Assembly: GCA_039545335.1 (NCBI GenBank)
Contig: BCIN01000001.1
Span: 1,472,604 to 1,536,603 of the forward strand
From: Kondoa subrosea
Taxonomy: Eukaryota
Direction of reading: 5' to 3'
Length of the DNA stretch: 64,000 bases
Each line of letters starts with the position of its first letter. Positions within the stretch are counted from its first letter, which is position 1. This document shows, piece by piece, positions 50,589-63,125 of this stretch. The notes beneath the pieces were generated by a model. It did no database searches. It was given only the letters and a program-made list of their open reading frames with translations, and was not told the origin of the DNA. The position numbers and the translations under genes were made by a program.

Positions 50589-53178
50589 ATGAGCAAACAA
50601 TACACTCGTGAGGAGGTTGCAAAGGTCAGCAGCATCAAATTGCTGCACTCTCATTGGCTCACGAATGTCTCTTATTGCTCAGCACAACAAGGCTGGAGAT
50701 GTTTGGAGTGAATTCTCGTTTGCCATCAGTCCAGATACAGTACTGATCTTCTCTCATAAGTTGTGGTTGATACGGTTGTATACGACTTGAGCAAGTTCGT
50801 GACCTTTTCAGTCAGCTTGTACGATTCCAGCTAATTGCTATGCTATGATTCAGATTCGTGGACCTTCACCCCGGTGGTGCATACGTTCTTCTCGTAAGTA
50901 ATTTTGTCTCGTATGACGTCTAAATCTGCTGACCACATGTCCAGGACAAGGATGTAGCCGGCCAAGAGTGCTCAGAATCATTCTTTGGACTTCACAAGGC
51001 GGAGATCTTGACTAAATACAAGCGTCTTGCTATCGGTACCATCTCCAACGAGAAGCCTCAGTGGATTTTACCAGAGAACGGCAAGCTATCTCAAGTTCCT
51101 TATGCCGAACCCGCTTGGCTTTCTCGAGGATACTTTTCACCTTACTACAATGAATCCCATCATGCTCTTCAGAAATTCATGCGTGATTGGGTTGATAGAA
51201 AAGTCAAACCAGAAGCTATTAGCGCAGAAGAGTCAGGCAAGCGTCCTTCAGTTGCTTTGGTACAAGAAGCTGGTGAACTCGGCATTAATGCCTTGAGAAT
51301 GGGTCCTGGTGTTCATCTAAAAGGAGTCAAGCTACCTGCTGGTCTAAAACCAGACAAAGTCGATTACTTCCACGAACTCGTATGTATCTGTGACTGCTAC
51401 TTTTTGTGATCGACTGATGATCTTTCAGGTTGTCAATCAAGAACTCGCTAGAGCTGGTATGAGAGGTTTTGGAGACGGTTTCCAGGTGTGTTGAGTTTCT
51501 AATGGCCGATGAAGTAGTCTAATCTGCGTTTCAGGGAGGAATGGTTATTGGACTACCGCCTGTTTGTGTGTAGTCGTAGTGCTCAGATTTTTTCCCGGCT
51601 AATTCAGCTTGAAGTCAACTTTGGTAACGACGAGCTCAAGAAACGCATTGTGCCCGAAGTTCTCGCTGGTCGCAAATTCATCGCTCTGGCTATCACAGAA
51701 GCTTTCGCTGGTTCCGATGTTGCTGGTCTACGATGTGTTGCTGAGAAGACTCCTGACGGAAAGCACTGGATCGTCAATGGTACAAAGAAGGTCAGATATC
51801 TCAGACTTGAGGACGGTCACCATATACTAAACAATCGCTTAGTGGATCACCAACGGAACTTTTGCAGACTACTTTTCAACCGGTACGCAAGATGTGAGAT
51901 AGACTAATCTCAGAGCTCACGCAATCTATAGGTTGCAGAACTGGTCCCAACGAATTGACTATGATTTTGATCGAACGAACCGATGATGTGGACACCAAGC
52001 AGATCAAGACCTCGTATTCTACCACTGCTGGAACAGGTAGGCTTATATCTCTGCAAATTTTCAGCCCACGTATGCTAATGAATCTGATAGCGTACATCAC
52101 TTTCGACAATGTCAAAGTTCCTGTTGAAAACACTTTGGGCAAAGTTGGCGACGGTCTCAAAGTCATCTTATCGTAAGGCTACAATCTCTTACGGTATCAC
52201 TGGTCACTCATGCTTCCGCACGTAGCAATTTCAACCACGAGCGATATGTTATGGCTACTGGATCTGTTGCCGCCAGTCGTTTGGTTACTGAACAATGCTT
52301 TGTCTGGGCTCACGTTCGCAAGTTCGTAATATTGCTTTCTGTATGTGCGATATGCTGAAGTGATGCACAGGGCTTTCGGCAAATCCCTCATGACCCAACC
52401 GTACGTGCTATTGGCCTTTTGTATGTCCGATAATCTAAAATGATGAATAGTGTGATTCGCCAGAAACTTGCACAGTAAGTGTCTGTCAAATCGGAGACTG
52501 AATTTGTCTTATATCTTGCCCAAGGATGTTCGCTCAAGTCGAGTCTGCGCAAGCATGGCTGGAGCATGTGAGTGGCTTTGAACAACTCCTTAGTTATTGG
52601 TGTTTATCGATACAATCATTCGCAGATTGGTTACCAAATGTGCAAGATGACTTATGCTCAGCAGTCTGCACTACTGGCCGGACAGATCGTATGTCGCACT
52701 GAGATATGACGTACTGCAGCTAACGTCTATTGTAGGGCATTCTCAAATCTCTGTGTACCAGAGTCGAGACTTTCGTTTCAGACAATGCAGTCAGTACAGA
52801 TATTAGGGGTTCGAGGTATCACTAAAGGCGGTCTAGGTACAAATATTAGGGGGTCGAGGTATCACTAAAGGCGGTCTAGGTGGCGGAGTTGAGATGCATC
52901 AGGTAAGATCTCGTACTTCTGACGACTAGACTCACTAAAAAGGTCTTCTTCGATGTTTATAGAGATCATTCAAGTTTAATTCCATCTTGGGAGGGGCTGA
53001 AGAGGTGACATCACCTTTTGAAAGGTCTCGAAGTATTCTGACCGTTATTGGTATAGGTTCTGAACGACTTGGCTGTCAAGCAGGCCATGAAGATGATGCC
53101 AAACAAAGGCAGAGTGAGTAATCTATCGTCTGAGACATCTTCTGACACTTACGTCTTGTCAAGGTCGCCATGGGATGA
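50589..53178 (+). CDS. Acyl-CoA dehydrogenase with N-terminal cytochrome b5-like domain (~20 introns)
   Basis: YTREEVAKH, VYDLSKFVDLHPGG, VPYAEP, LAITEAFAGSDVAG, NGTKKWITNG, NFNHER, VQILGGRGITKGG, ILGGAEEVL; last exon uncertain. Confidence 0.92.
52794..52879 (+). repeat. 43-bp tandem direct repeat (2 copies, 2 mismatches); copy 1 is intronic, copy 2 exonic
   Basis: GTACAGATATTAGGGGTTCGAGGTATCACTAAAGGCGGTCTAG / GTACAAATATTAGGGGGTCGAGGTATCACTAAAGGCGGTCTAG. Confidence 0.97.
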
Positions 53179-53427
53179 TCTCAATGAACTTGTCTTTGGA
53201 CTACTGGCTGCCTCCTATCACTGTACATTATGCATTGTCTGTGATCATGATCTGTATTGCATGTTTTCCGCGAACACCTGGCTGCATGCTCTGCACCTTG
53301 AGAAGCAGGATTCGCAGATCTGCTGACTAATTTTGCCACGAGTCCCTTTTTCGCCCATGTCTCAGAAAGTAAGCGCATTACGAGCCGCTGTAAGTCCTTG
53401 GCGCAAGATGTGCTGTACAATAATCAA

Positions 53428-55845
53428 TCACACGCGAACGATATCAATTCTACACCTCTCATATACTCTGTTTTCTGTAACATGTTGATCCGCTGCCATT
53501 GCTGCTTTGCTCAATTCCGTACGTAGCTCATCTTTGCTGAATGGATGCACTGCGATGCGAGTGAATGTTCCGCCATTAGACCCTCTTGTCAGATATGATG
53601 GGTTGACGACGATTGTACTGTCGACAGTCTACGAACTAAATCAGCAGAGTCCAGCCAAGTAAGGATAAAGATTTACCTTGACGAAATGTTTCCCTAAAGT
53701 GCTCGGAAGAACGACGATATCCGCACCAAACCCGTCAAACTTGAGTAAATCCGAATGCGTCACATCAAGGTTAATGCCCTCTATGCCAGCACCTGGTAAC
53801 GGTGGAGGGAAAATAGGATAGAAACTTCTTTGACGCAGAACGTGTCGGCACACTCTGCCTATATGATCTTTGGCTGCTTCTTGATGCGATGTGACTTCAT
53901 CTGGGTTGGATGGAGGAGCTTCTTTGAGATATTCTTGTGAACGGAGAGGAAAGAGGACATCCGCTGATGAAATGGCGAAGTTGACTTCATTAATGGAGAA
54001 CGTAGCAGGATTTGGCAGCAGCTTGACTCTCTATTCAAGCGATAAAGTTAGAGGATGCACTTCCCATATAGCAAGAGAGTTTCTGACCTTTGGCAAACCC
54101 ATCTCTGGATCTCGTTCGAGTGGTGCTTGAGGGAAAACAACATGTGAACTGAGTACATCTCTATTGCTCGGAATAAGAATGATGTTGGTTCCAGGTGACG
54201 ACTCCATCAACCCGTTCAGACGAGCAGAGATTTGCATCTGGAAGATTTGAGGTGGTGAGTAAGAAATATCGCCGGATCTGATAGCTGGGTGATTTGAGTC
54301 AACAAAAGGTCCAACCTGCCTTTGTACTTAGCGCCGTTTACTAAAAGCATATCTCACTCACCAGAATGAGCGTGTCAGGTTTCGTTTTCCTCGCTTCCGC
54401 TATCAGCGCATCAAGAGGGACGTAATCGAGATTGTCCTCTGTTGTGTAAGGACCAGCAGCGAGCATGACCGAAAGAGCCCTTCCAGCAAGCTTCATGTCA
54501 GAATGATGATACTCCATGAGGTCTTTTGGCATGCTAGCGGGTAGGTACATAGGTGGCATCTGCCTTCAGCTTCAGCTTCAACCGAACAATGGATCGCGCG
54601 CGCGAAACACTCACCATCAGGATCTCGTTGACATTGAAGAATTGTCCTCCAACATTCCTTCCTCTGACACCCACGATTGCGCCTGGAAACAGACCAGCAC
54701 CTCCATCCCCAACTTCACTTCCTCTCACTTTTACGTCCTGATCAAACCGCAATTCTATCCTAGCACCAGCTCCCATCAACCTAGAACTCTCAAACCAAAC
54801 CGAGTTCTTCTTCTTATCAACCGCATCTTGAAGTTTAGCAGCATACAAATCAGTGCAAATCCTTCCAACACAAATCATATCTTCTTGACTATCTAAACCA
54901 GGATCACCTAATTCTTCTTCCAATTCATAATATTGTTTCATGAGTTCTGAAAGTTCATCAATCCTGTTATCCAGACTTTCTGATCGATCAACAAGTTTCT
55001 CAAACATATATCTGTAAGCGTAAGATTTTGGGTTGGTGTTTGAAGCTAGTTTCACTCTTGGGTTTAAAGAGGAAACGGGAATAGGAAGATCTAGATGTGC
55101 GTTGAGGGATTCGACGATTGTTAATGCGTTTGTACGGGATTCGAATTGCGAAGGTTGAGGAGTTGTGAAGAATGGCTTGTTGATAGAAGAAGGGGATAAA
55201 GCTGTTGGACTTGTAGCTCTACCTGAATTTGCTGATGGGGAAAGTTGAAGTTTGTCTGGAGTAGTTTGATTAGCTCGAGGTGTTGCTGCTGATAGAGTTG
55301 AAGGGCGAGGAGTATAATTTGATGGAATACCATTGACTGTTGATGGACTTCCAATCGATCTTCTCTTGGCTGCAGGTGTAGACAGATTGTCCAGCCTAAA
55401 GATCTTCTCATCAGCCTACTGTCTTTTATCAATAGGTATTAATGTACTGACAATCCATCTAGACCACTTCGACCTAATGATTTCCTCAAAGTAGTCTTAG
55501 CAGCGGGTCCAGGTGTCCCAGCTCCATTAGCAGGTTCCAGCTTGATGGGTTTAACAGAACTCTGAATCTCCTTTCGCAATTCTCTTAAGTTGTCCAAATC
55601 AAAATCAGGTTCATCCCGTTTAGCAGAAGTATTTGTAAGTTGGAAAACGAAAGCATCCCATTTGTATTTGAGATCTTCTGCTGATAGACTATAAATTCGA
55701 CAAATGCTCATTGCTATATAAACGCGCGTTTATAAGTATAATGTTTTACGCGTTTTGTTGTAAGAGGCAGTGACTGACCTTCTGACATTACATCTGCAGG
55801 TTTTATAGCTGCTCCAAATTGAGCAATGAGTTCTTCTGAGGACAT
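53428..55845 (-). CDS. POL12: DNA polymerase alpha-primase B subunit
   Basis: ICRIYSLSAEDLKYKWDAF, YRYMFEKL, VGRIC.D, LFPGAIVGVRG.N, AAGPYT, GPFVD, PNPATFSINEV, QRSFYPIFP. Confidence 0.92.
55717..55753. promoter_or_regulatory. MCB-like elements and 18-bp palindrome inside POL12 intron 1
   Basis: TATAAACGCGCGTTTATA (55717-55734, perfect palindrome) and ACGCGT (55748-55753). Confidence 0.5.
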
Positions 55846-55879
55846 GTTTCGAAACTGGGAGGGTTGAGATAGATCAACG

Positions 55880-56690
55880 ATGTCAAGCGATTGGCCAAAG
55901 CCTGCTTATACGTTCGAAACGGCTCAAGGCTTAGCGGACGCGATTTTGGTGAAAGGAAGCAAAGCTGGAAGTGCGTTCGGCGCAGAAAGTCGCTGATATT
56001 GGTCGAAAGCGTTGACTGATGAAATTCGCAAGTCGATTATGCTGTGATCGATGTCAGGGATCAAGATTACATTGGAGGTAAACTGCTTGCTCTTCTTATG
56101 CTTCTAGGGCTCATCGTTTGTCAAGGCAACATTGTACGCATGCAGTACTATTAAAGCGAGCACTTCTGACGCACATAGCAGAAGGGTGATGCGACTGTTT
56201 TGACTTGCACAATATCTTACATTCCCTCTAGGTGCTCGCAATGTTCCCTCCGAAGGCTTTGCAGAGCAGCTACCGAAATTGCTTGAGGAGTTGAAAGATG
56301 GTCCGCTCTCTCCCATTCCCTACTGTTGCCTTCTAGCTCACGCCATTCTAACCTGCCTCTCTATACTGCAGTCCCAGTTGTCTACTTTCATTGCGCGCTA
56401 TCTCGTTTGCCTTCTTGTGATATTTCGCGACCGATCTTGACTTGTAAAGCAGAACAGAGAGGACCGACTGCAGCAGTAACGTACGCCAACGCTCGCGAAA
56501 AGACCTTCAGTACGTCTTCCTGCTTGTCATGTTTGTTTTTCAATCAACACTGATGCTTGTGCCAGCTTCAAAGGATGCGCCGATTCAGGAAATAAAGGTG
56601 CTGCGCGGAGGTTTCACTCGTTGGCAGGAACAATATCGAGACAATCCTTCTTTAGTAGAGAATTTCGATAAACGAATATGGGGATATTAA
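55880..56690 (+). CDS. YCH1: Rhodanese/Cdc25-like phosphatase / arsenate reductase (Ych1/Acr2/Ibp1 family)
   Basis: Spliced VIDVRDQDYIGGNIKGARNVPS, YFHCALSQQRGP (HCx5R), VLRGGFTRWQ, LVENFDKRIW. Confidence 0.85.
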
Positions 56691-57239
56691 ACCAATTTCC
56701 TAGTGTCTGGTTCTGGTTTCTTTGGACTAGGTTGAATTTCTTCGACAATAGGAGTGGAAGAGGAAGAAGAAGGTGTATGAGTACCAACAAAAGTACCTTT
56801 GAGAGGAGCTCGTTTCTTTTCTTTAAAAGCATCTTGAACTGCTTTCATGCGTTTCAATTCTTCTGCTCGACGAGTTCGACAATTGTACCATGCTGCAGAA
56901 GAGAGAACACCAAAAGATGCTACAGCCCAGTTGGAAGCTGACAAGACTCCTGCAGACGGAGCTCTTGAGTATGCGAGATTAATCATGGACAGTGGGAAGA
57001 AAACTTACTTCGAGATGCGATGAATCGGATCGATCCTACTGCAGCGCCACCAGAAATGCCAAACAGCAGAGCTTTCTGAGCGCAAGGCACATTAGGCAAG
57101 TTCTTGAAGTCTTTAACTAAATCAATTTGCTATTGTACACATTATAGTGAGCTAAAGTCCCTGCTCAGTCAGGCTGAGGACATACCTTGACAGCTTGCCA
57201 GAAAGGTTGAGCTGGAGCTGACTCTTCTGTTGACGACAT
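56687..57239 (-). CDS. COX20: Cytochrome c oxidase assembly protein Cox20
   Basis: DFKNLPNVPCAQKALLFGISGGAAVGSIRF, ASNWAVASF..SSAAWYNCR.RRAEE. Confidence 0.85.
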
Positions 57240-57448
57240 GACCGTTTCTTATTAAACATTTTTTGTGCATGTCTTCTTGAGCCAGCCAAGGAAGCAAGTG
57301 GCAGGTTCGCTAGATACTATACCTGAGTTGTTGGGAGATACACTGTGATCTGCTATACCTGAGCTCTTGCGATCCCCTTGCCTTTGTGCAAGCTAGAAGT
57401 TGCTTTTTTTTCTGGCATCTGGAAGAAAGCTAGGAATCTGGCTTAAAG

Positions 57449-60400
57449 ATGGATGAACATCCTCAGCAAAAGCATCGAGGGCATAGAGTCCAGAAGGATA
57501 AAGGCAAAGAGAAGCCTAATCTGTATGTCAAGAACCCTCTCACTGCACCTTTGCTCAAAGCTCATACGTATTGCTTGACATAGGAAGGGATCCAATCCAA
57601 GAGCGTTCACATCTCAAAGTGGAGCTAAAGCTGCTCGTTTAGCAAGAAGAAAAGTAGAGCAAGATCAAACGAGGTTGCATCTACCTGCTGTTGATCGAAC
57701 ATTTGGCGGTCATGCTCAAGGTCAAGGAAAGAGTTCAGTCTTGGGTGGTGCTGTCAAAGGTGCAGCGGATGCATTAGGTCCTCCTCCTGTCATTGTTGCT
57801 GTCATTGGTCCTCCTGGCGTTCGTTCTCATAAACCAAAATCATCCTCTTGTGGCTGATTTGGCCTTTCTCCAAACAAACAGGTCGGCAAATCTACTCTTA
57901 TTCGCAGCTTAATTCGCAAATACACAAAAGTCACCATGACAGATATCAAAGGACCAGTCACTGTAGTCAGCGGTATGTACCTCTTCGCCTGAACCGATTT
58001 ATGCTCATTCAGACGAACAGGTAAAACCCGTCGAGTCACCCTGATCGAATGCCCGAACGAATTGGGAGCTATTGTAGATATCGCAAAGATTGCAGATCTG
58101 GTCTTGATCATGATTGATGGTTCATTCGGGTTCGAAATGGTTCGTTCTTGGTCTTCAGATCAATAACTAGCGCTCATCAAGTATTCAGGAAACCTTTGAA
58201 GCTCTTTCAGCTATGAACGCACACGGTCTACCCAAAATCATTGCTGTTCTAACTCATCTCGACCTTATCAAATCCGCTGCTACATTGAAAGATCAGAAAA
58301 AGAAACTCAAGCATCGATTTTGGACTGAAGTCTTTGATGGAGCGAAAATGTTTTACTTGTCAGGAATCATCAACGGTCGATATCCAGATCGAGAAATCAT
58401 CAACTTATCTCGATTCATCAACGTAGCTAAATTCCGACCTTTAACTTTTCGAAATTCCCATCCTTATTTCTTGGCTGATCGAATTGAAGATCTTACACCA
58501 AAAGAAGCAACAAGAGAAGATCCTAAAATTGATAGAACCATAGCTGTTTTTGGTTATCTTCGTGGTATTCCTTTAAGACCACCAAATGGTACCAACGCAA
58601 TCCGAGTTCATATTCCTGGATCAGGTGTGGATGCATTGGAATGTTCAAAATTACTCGCTTTACCAGATCCTTGTCCTCTACCTACGAAAGAAAGCGAGAA
58701 ACGTAGGAAATTAGGTGAAAAGGATAGATTGTATCATGCACCAATGTCTGGCGGTGCTGGAGGTCAGGTCGTTTTCGATGGTGATCGAGTTTGGATCAAT
58801 ACTGCCGGAACCTTTACAAAAGCGAAAGAGGGAGAAGAAGGAAACGGTAGGTTGGCAATGTACTGAAATCAGAAAGTCGCTGATTCATAGCTATTGCCTG
58901 CTTACAGTGCCACTTGGCGAAGGGGAACAAATGATTATGGACTTGCAAGATGTCAATGGTACTCTAGCCGACGGCATTGCGAAGTCTCAAATTCGTCTTT
59001 TTGGTCATGATTCTATGCCTGTCCAAATCGGATCCTCCAAAGATCTAGAACTAGACGAAGACGCTTCTGATTTAGATGAAGACGCTTCCGATTTTGATGA
59101 AGAGGTTTACTCGGGGGAGGACGATCTGGAAGAAGAGATGGATCTTGATGAATCTTCTCGAGCACCGAAACGGAGTGGTCAACGAATAGCTTTGACTGGT
59201 CCGACTGAATCAAGCAAACCTTCGAGGAATGGGATAGCTTATGCTGAAAGTGATTCCGATCTTGGCTTTGGGTCAGATGAAGACAATATGCTGGACGAAG
59301 AAGACGATCTTGAAGACGTACCGAAATGGAAGTCAAATCTATCTCAGAAAGCTGCAGACAGTTTCGCCGCGACTTCGAATCGCCGACGACCGAATCTTAT
59401 GAAACTCATCTACAGTTCTTCTCTTACTCCCGATCAGATTGTCAAAGGCGACGAAGATGATCCAGCGGACGATATACAGCTGGACGACGACGAGCTATTC
59501 CAGCTTGCGAGACGAGGTCCAACTGGCATTGAAGAGTCGTTTAGACCACCTGTAGAAACTGCTACTCTGGCTTCAAAATACAGTGTAGATGAAGCCTTGG
59601 ATGGACTGCGGCATCTCTTCATTACTGGACAAGCCAGTGGCGCGAATAGTGCTCCTGTCATCGATCGGCAATACGAATCCGATGCTGGTAGCTTCGAAGA
59701 CCTGGAAAACGACAATGATGAGGCCGATGAAGAAGGAGAAGGAACTGCTGAAAAGTCAGAGGAGCAGAAAGCAAAAGATCTGGCTGCGAAGAAAGAAGTT
59801 CTTAAGCGAAAATTCAACGAGCAATACGATGACTCTTCAGACGAGGCAGATAAGCAAGACTTCTACACAGAACAGAAAGAAGAAATGGCGAAACGTATTG
59901 CAGCTACTCAAGCCGAATTTGTGAACGACGACGCAGAAACAAGAGCCATGGTCGAGGGTTATCGACCGGGCACATACGTCCGTATGGAGCTGCATAACGT
60001 ACCTTGTGAGCTTCTCGACAACTTCGATCCTCGCTTCCCTCTTCTTGTTGGCGGACTTCTCGGTCACGAGGAAAGTTTCGGCTACGTACAAGTACGCATC
60101 AAGAAGCATCGTTGGTTTCCCAAGATCCTGAAGACAAACGATCCTCTTATCTTCTCCATCGGTTGGCGACGCTTCCAGACTGTACCGGTATATTCTTTGG
60201 ATGACGGTACGCGGAATCGGATGCTCAAGTATACTCCTGAACACATGCATTGTCTGGCTACATTTTATGGTCCGATCTCGGCCCCGAACAGTGGCTTCTG
60301 CGCCTTCAACTCCTTCTCTGACGCAACTCGCTCTTTCCGTGTGACGGCTTCAGGCACTATTCTCGATATTGATGGCTCAAGTCAGATAGTCAAGAAGCTC

Positions 60401-61269
60401 AAATTGAATGGTGTACCTTACAAGATTTTCAAGAATACTGCTTTTATCAAAGAAATGTTCAACACTTCACTCGAAGTGGCCAAGTTCGAAGGTGCTCAAA
60501 TTCGAACAGTCTCTGGCATTCGCGGTCAAATCAAGAAGGCGCTATCAAAGCCGGAAGGATGCTATCGTGCCACCTTCGAAGATCGAGTATTGCTTAGCGA
60601 TATCGTGTTCTTGCGTTCTTGGTTCCAAGTACAGCCACGAAAGTACTACAATCCGATGTCCTCTTTATTGCTTGAGAAGAAATCAGAATGGCAAGGTATG
60701 CGTCTGACGGGTCAAGTGAGAGTCGAAGAGGGTGCAAAGACTCCCTCGAACGTGAACTCAATTTACAAGGTAAGACGGACACTATGCGTGCGCTTTGTGC
60801 TCACGACTTGCGTAGAAAATCGAACGGCCTACCCGGCGATTCAACACGCTCAAAGTTCCGCGCAAACTTCAAGCTGCTCTGCCTTATGCTTCAAAATCCA
60901 AGATCATTGCGCCTCAGAAGCAGGCTACTTACATGCAGAAGCGAGCTGTTATTATGGATCCGGCGGAACAGAAAGCACTCGGTCTACTGCAGCAGATTCA
61001 GGCAATTGAGAAGAACAAAGTCGCCAAGAGGAAAGATAAGCAGCAAGAGAGGCGAGTTGAGAAACAGAAAAAGATGGCTAAAGGTGAAGAAGCCAAAGCA
61101 GATCGCGAAAAGAGGGAGAAGAAAGAGCGTACGTTCAGCATTATATGGTCGGCTTAGATCGAGCTGATAAGATTGCACAGACTTCCGCAAGCAAGGTCAA
61201 CAAGAGAAGCGCAAAGCTGAAGCTGAAAGCAGACCTGCGAAGAAGTCCAGGCGGAACGCAGACGATTGA
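57449..61269 (+). CDS. BMS1: Ribosome biogenesis GTPase Bms1
   Basis: PPPVIVAVIGPPGVGKSTLIRSL, GPVTVVSGKTRRVTLIEC, DGSFGFEMETFE, GYRPGTYVR, RMLKYTPEHMHC, IRTVSGIRGQIKKA. Confidence 0.97.
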
Positions 61270-61334
61270 TCAATACCCCTCATTAGAACCTTATGCATTG
61301 AATGTACTACTTTGTTACTTATCGTTGATGACTT

Positions 61335-62972
61335 CTAATAGATGCCTGGTATTATCCTTGAACTAACTAATTTGCAGTACTTTGTCCAATCGTCCCCGTA
61401 TCTGACAAACATTCAGCAATGACTCTAAAGCACAAGCGAAGCGCTTACTTTGCCCTGCAATGCGCGTCATCCCTTTGCTGACGATGAACCAAAAGAATAG
61501 CGAAATAGATGACGTAAAAGTAAGGTATTGGTGTCTCGAATCCACAAGGCAAACACCAAGCCCAAGCCATGAGCCAATCCCCTAAGTAATTCGGATGCCT
61601 GCTTCGACCCCACCAACCTGAAGTCAAGAGTTTTGTTCCTCGTTTCGTTTGCATAGACGTTAAGTCTAGTCAAAGCAGTGAGCATGTGAGAGTCTGCAAG
61701 GATTACAGGTAACAAACTCTTTGGATTTCTGCCGAGTCTGAAGTTATTCTTTTCCAAATTCGAAACTCTGAAAATGTAGTAGCCGATCAGGTTCACAGCG
61801 CAAATAGCCAACGTCGCAGAGACACCCAAATCTTTGGGGAAAGATGCAAGATAGCGTGCTTGGAGAGAATAGGTAAACGGAACCCAAACTAAGTCGCCAA
61901 CGGAAAGCATGAAGCCAAATCCATCTGAAGTGATGTCCATTGTGGTAAAGATCGCTTGCTGAAGGATTCAAAATGAGCAAGAAACCTTAAGCCATAGAAA
62001 GCGAGAACTTACTTCTTGGAATACGGAATCGAACACATAAACCGATTGGAAAAGTACGACGAGAGCCATAGAGTCCGTGATGCGACCTGTGAGCAAAGCA
62101 AAGCACTAGTAAGCTCGCGAGAGCTATTACAGAGTCACCAGCTCACCTATATCAGTGTATTGCTTTGCAGCCATTGCGATATCGATAATGAACCATAGGA
62201 TCATGCCAGGACGAAGCTCATTGAAGGATTTTATATCGAACGAGCCAATTCGAGGGTTCAGTTCGCGACCAATGAACCACTACTTATTGACATGAGCTAA
62301 TTTTATGATCAATCGCGCAAAGATTTACGTTATAGAAGTGATTCTTCGTATCTCCTCCTTCTGCTAGCATCTTTCTATTGCCATAGCTCGCGAAATGTAC
62401 ATAGCAGGCCTATTTTGAGCGTCAGATGTGCAGACGATGTTGAGCTGCTTTAATTTACCTGTATAATCGAATTGAGCAGACTGGCAGTAACAAGTCCAGT
62501 CCAATGATCATAAACGAAAGTGAGAGGTTTGATGCCGAAAGCAGCTGTTCCGCCGATCAAGAGTAGAACAGTAAGAACGAAAGTTGGAAAGGCTTCAAAG
62601 CAGAAGTTAGCTCTACGAAGGTCGATGGATTGATGAGGATGGAAGCTCACCATTGAGCTTGTACTTGAGTTGCTTTCCATCCCTTAATTTGACACCTTCG
62701 ATCCATTTACCAGGCAAGATGAACCAGCAAACGACACAGAACAGATACCACAGAGCATAGACTATAGCTGCTTCTGTATCCCACAGTGAAGCCCAACCAG
62801 CTGCCGTACTGTATTTCTGCAAGCCTTCACCAAAAAACTCGTTCAAAGGTCTTGGTGTGCATCCAGCTTCTGAGCAGCCCAAGGCAAAGAAATAGGAGAA
62901 GTAGGCGACTGCGAGAGAGATTGCTAGAGTTCCTGTTGGTCCAAAGAACTCGTACTCGTGCGAGGAGCCCAT
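61335..62972 (-). CDS. ERG24: C-14 sterol reductase (ERG4/ERG24 family)
   Basis: [83 protein letters not shown]. Confidence 0.93.
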
Positions 62973-63125
62973 TTGACTGGACGACACGCGAAAAGGTTGG
63001 CAAAATGATCAAGTATGTAATAATGTTAAAATCGTCCATCGCGCATGCCTATGTACCTATATAGTAATGTACAGGTGTATTTACAGATCAACACGATCTC
63101 TTTTGCCTCAATCCATATATTCCGA

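Noticed and set aside
50589..51030. Cytochrome b5 domain fused to acyl-CoA dehydrogenase
   Set aside because: Common, known fungal architecture.
52794..52879. Repeat considered as CRISPR, transposon footprint or minisatellite
   Set aside because: Only two adjacent copies with no spacer or terminal inverted repeats; it derives from coding sequence in a eukaryote.
53100..53330. Possible cryptic PTS1 at the acyl-CoA dehydrogenase C-terminus
   Set aside because: No acceptor or read-through frame giving an SKL-like end was found.
59050..59100. GAAGACGCTTC.GATTT.GATGAA tandem repeat
   Set aside because: In-frame acidic peptide repeat (DEDASDL/F) in the Bms1 low-complexity region.
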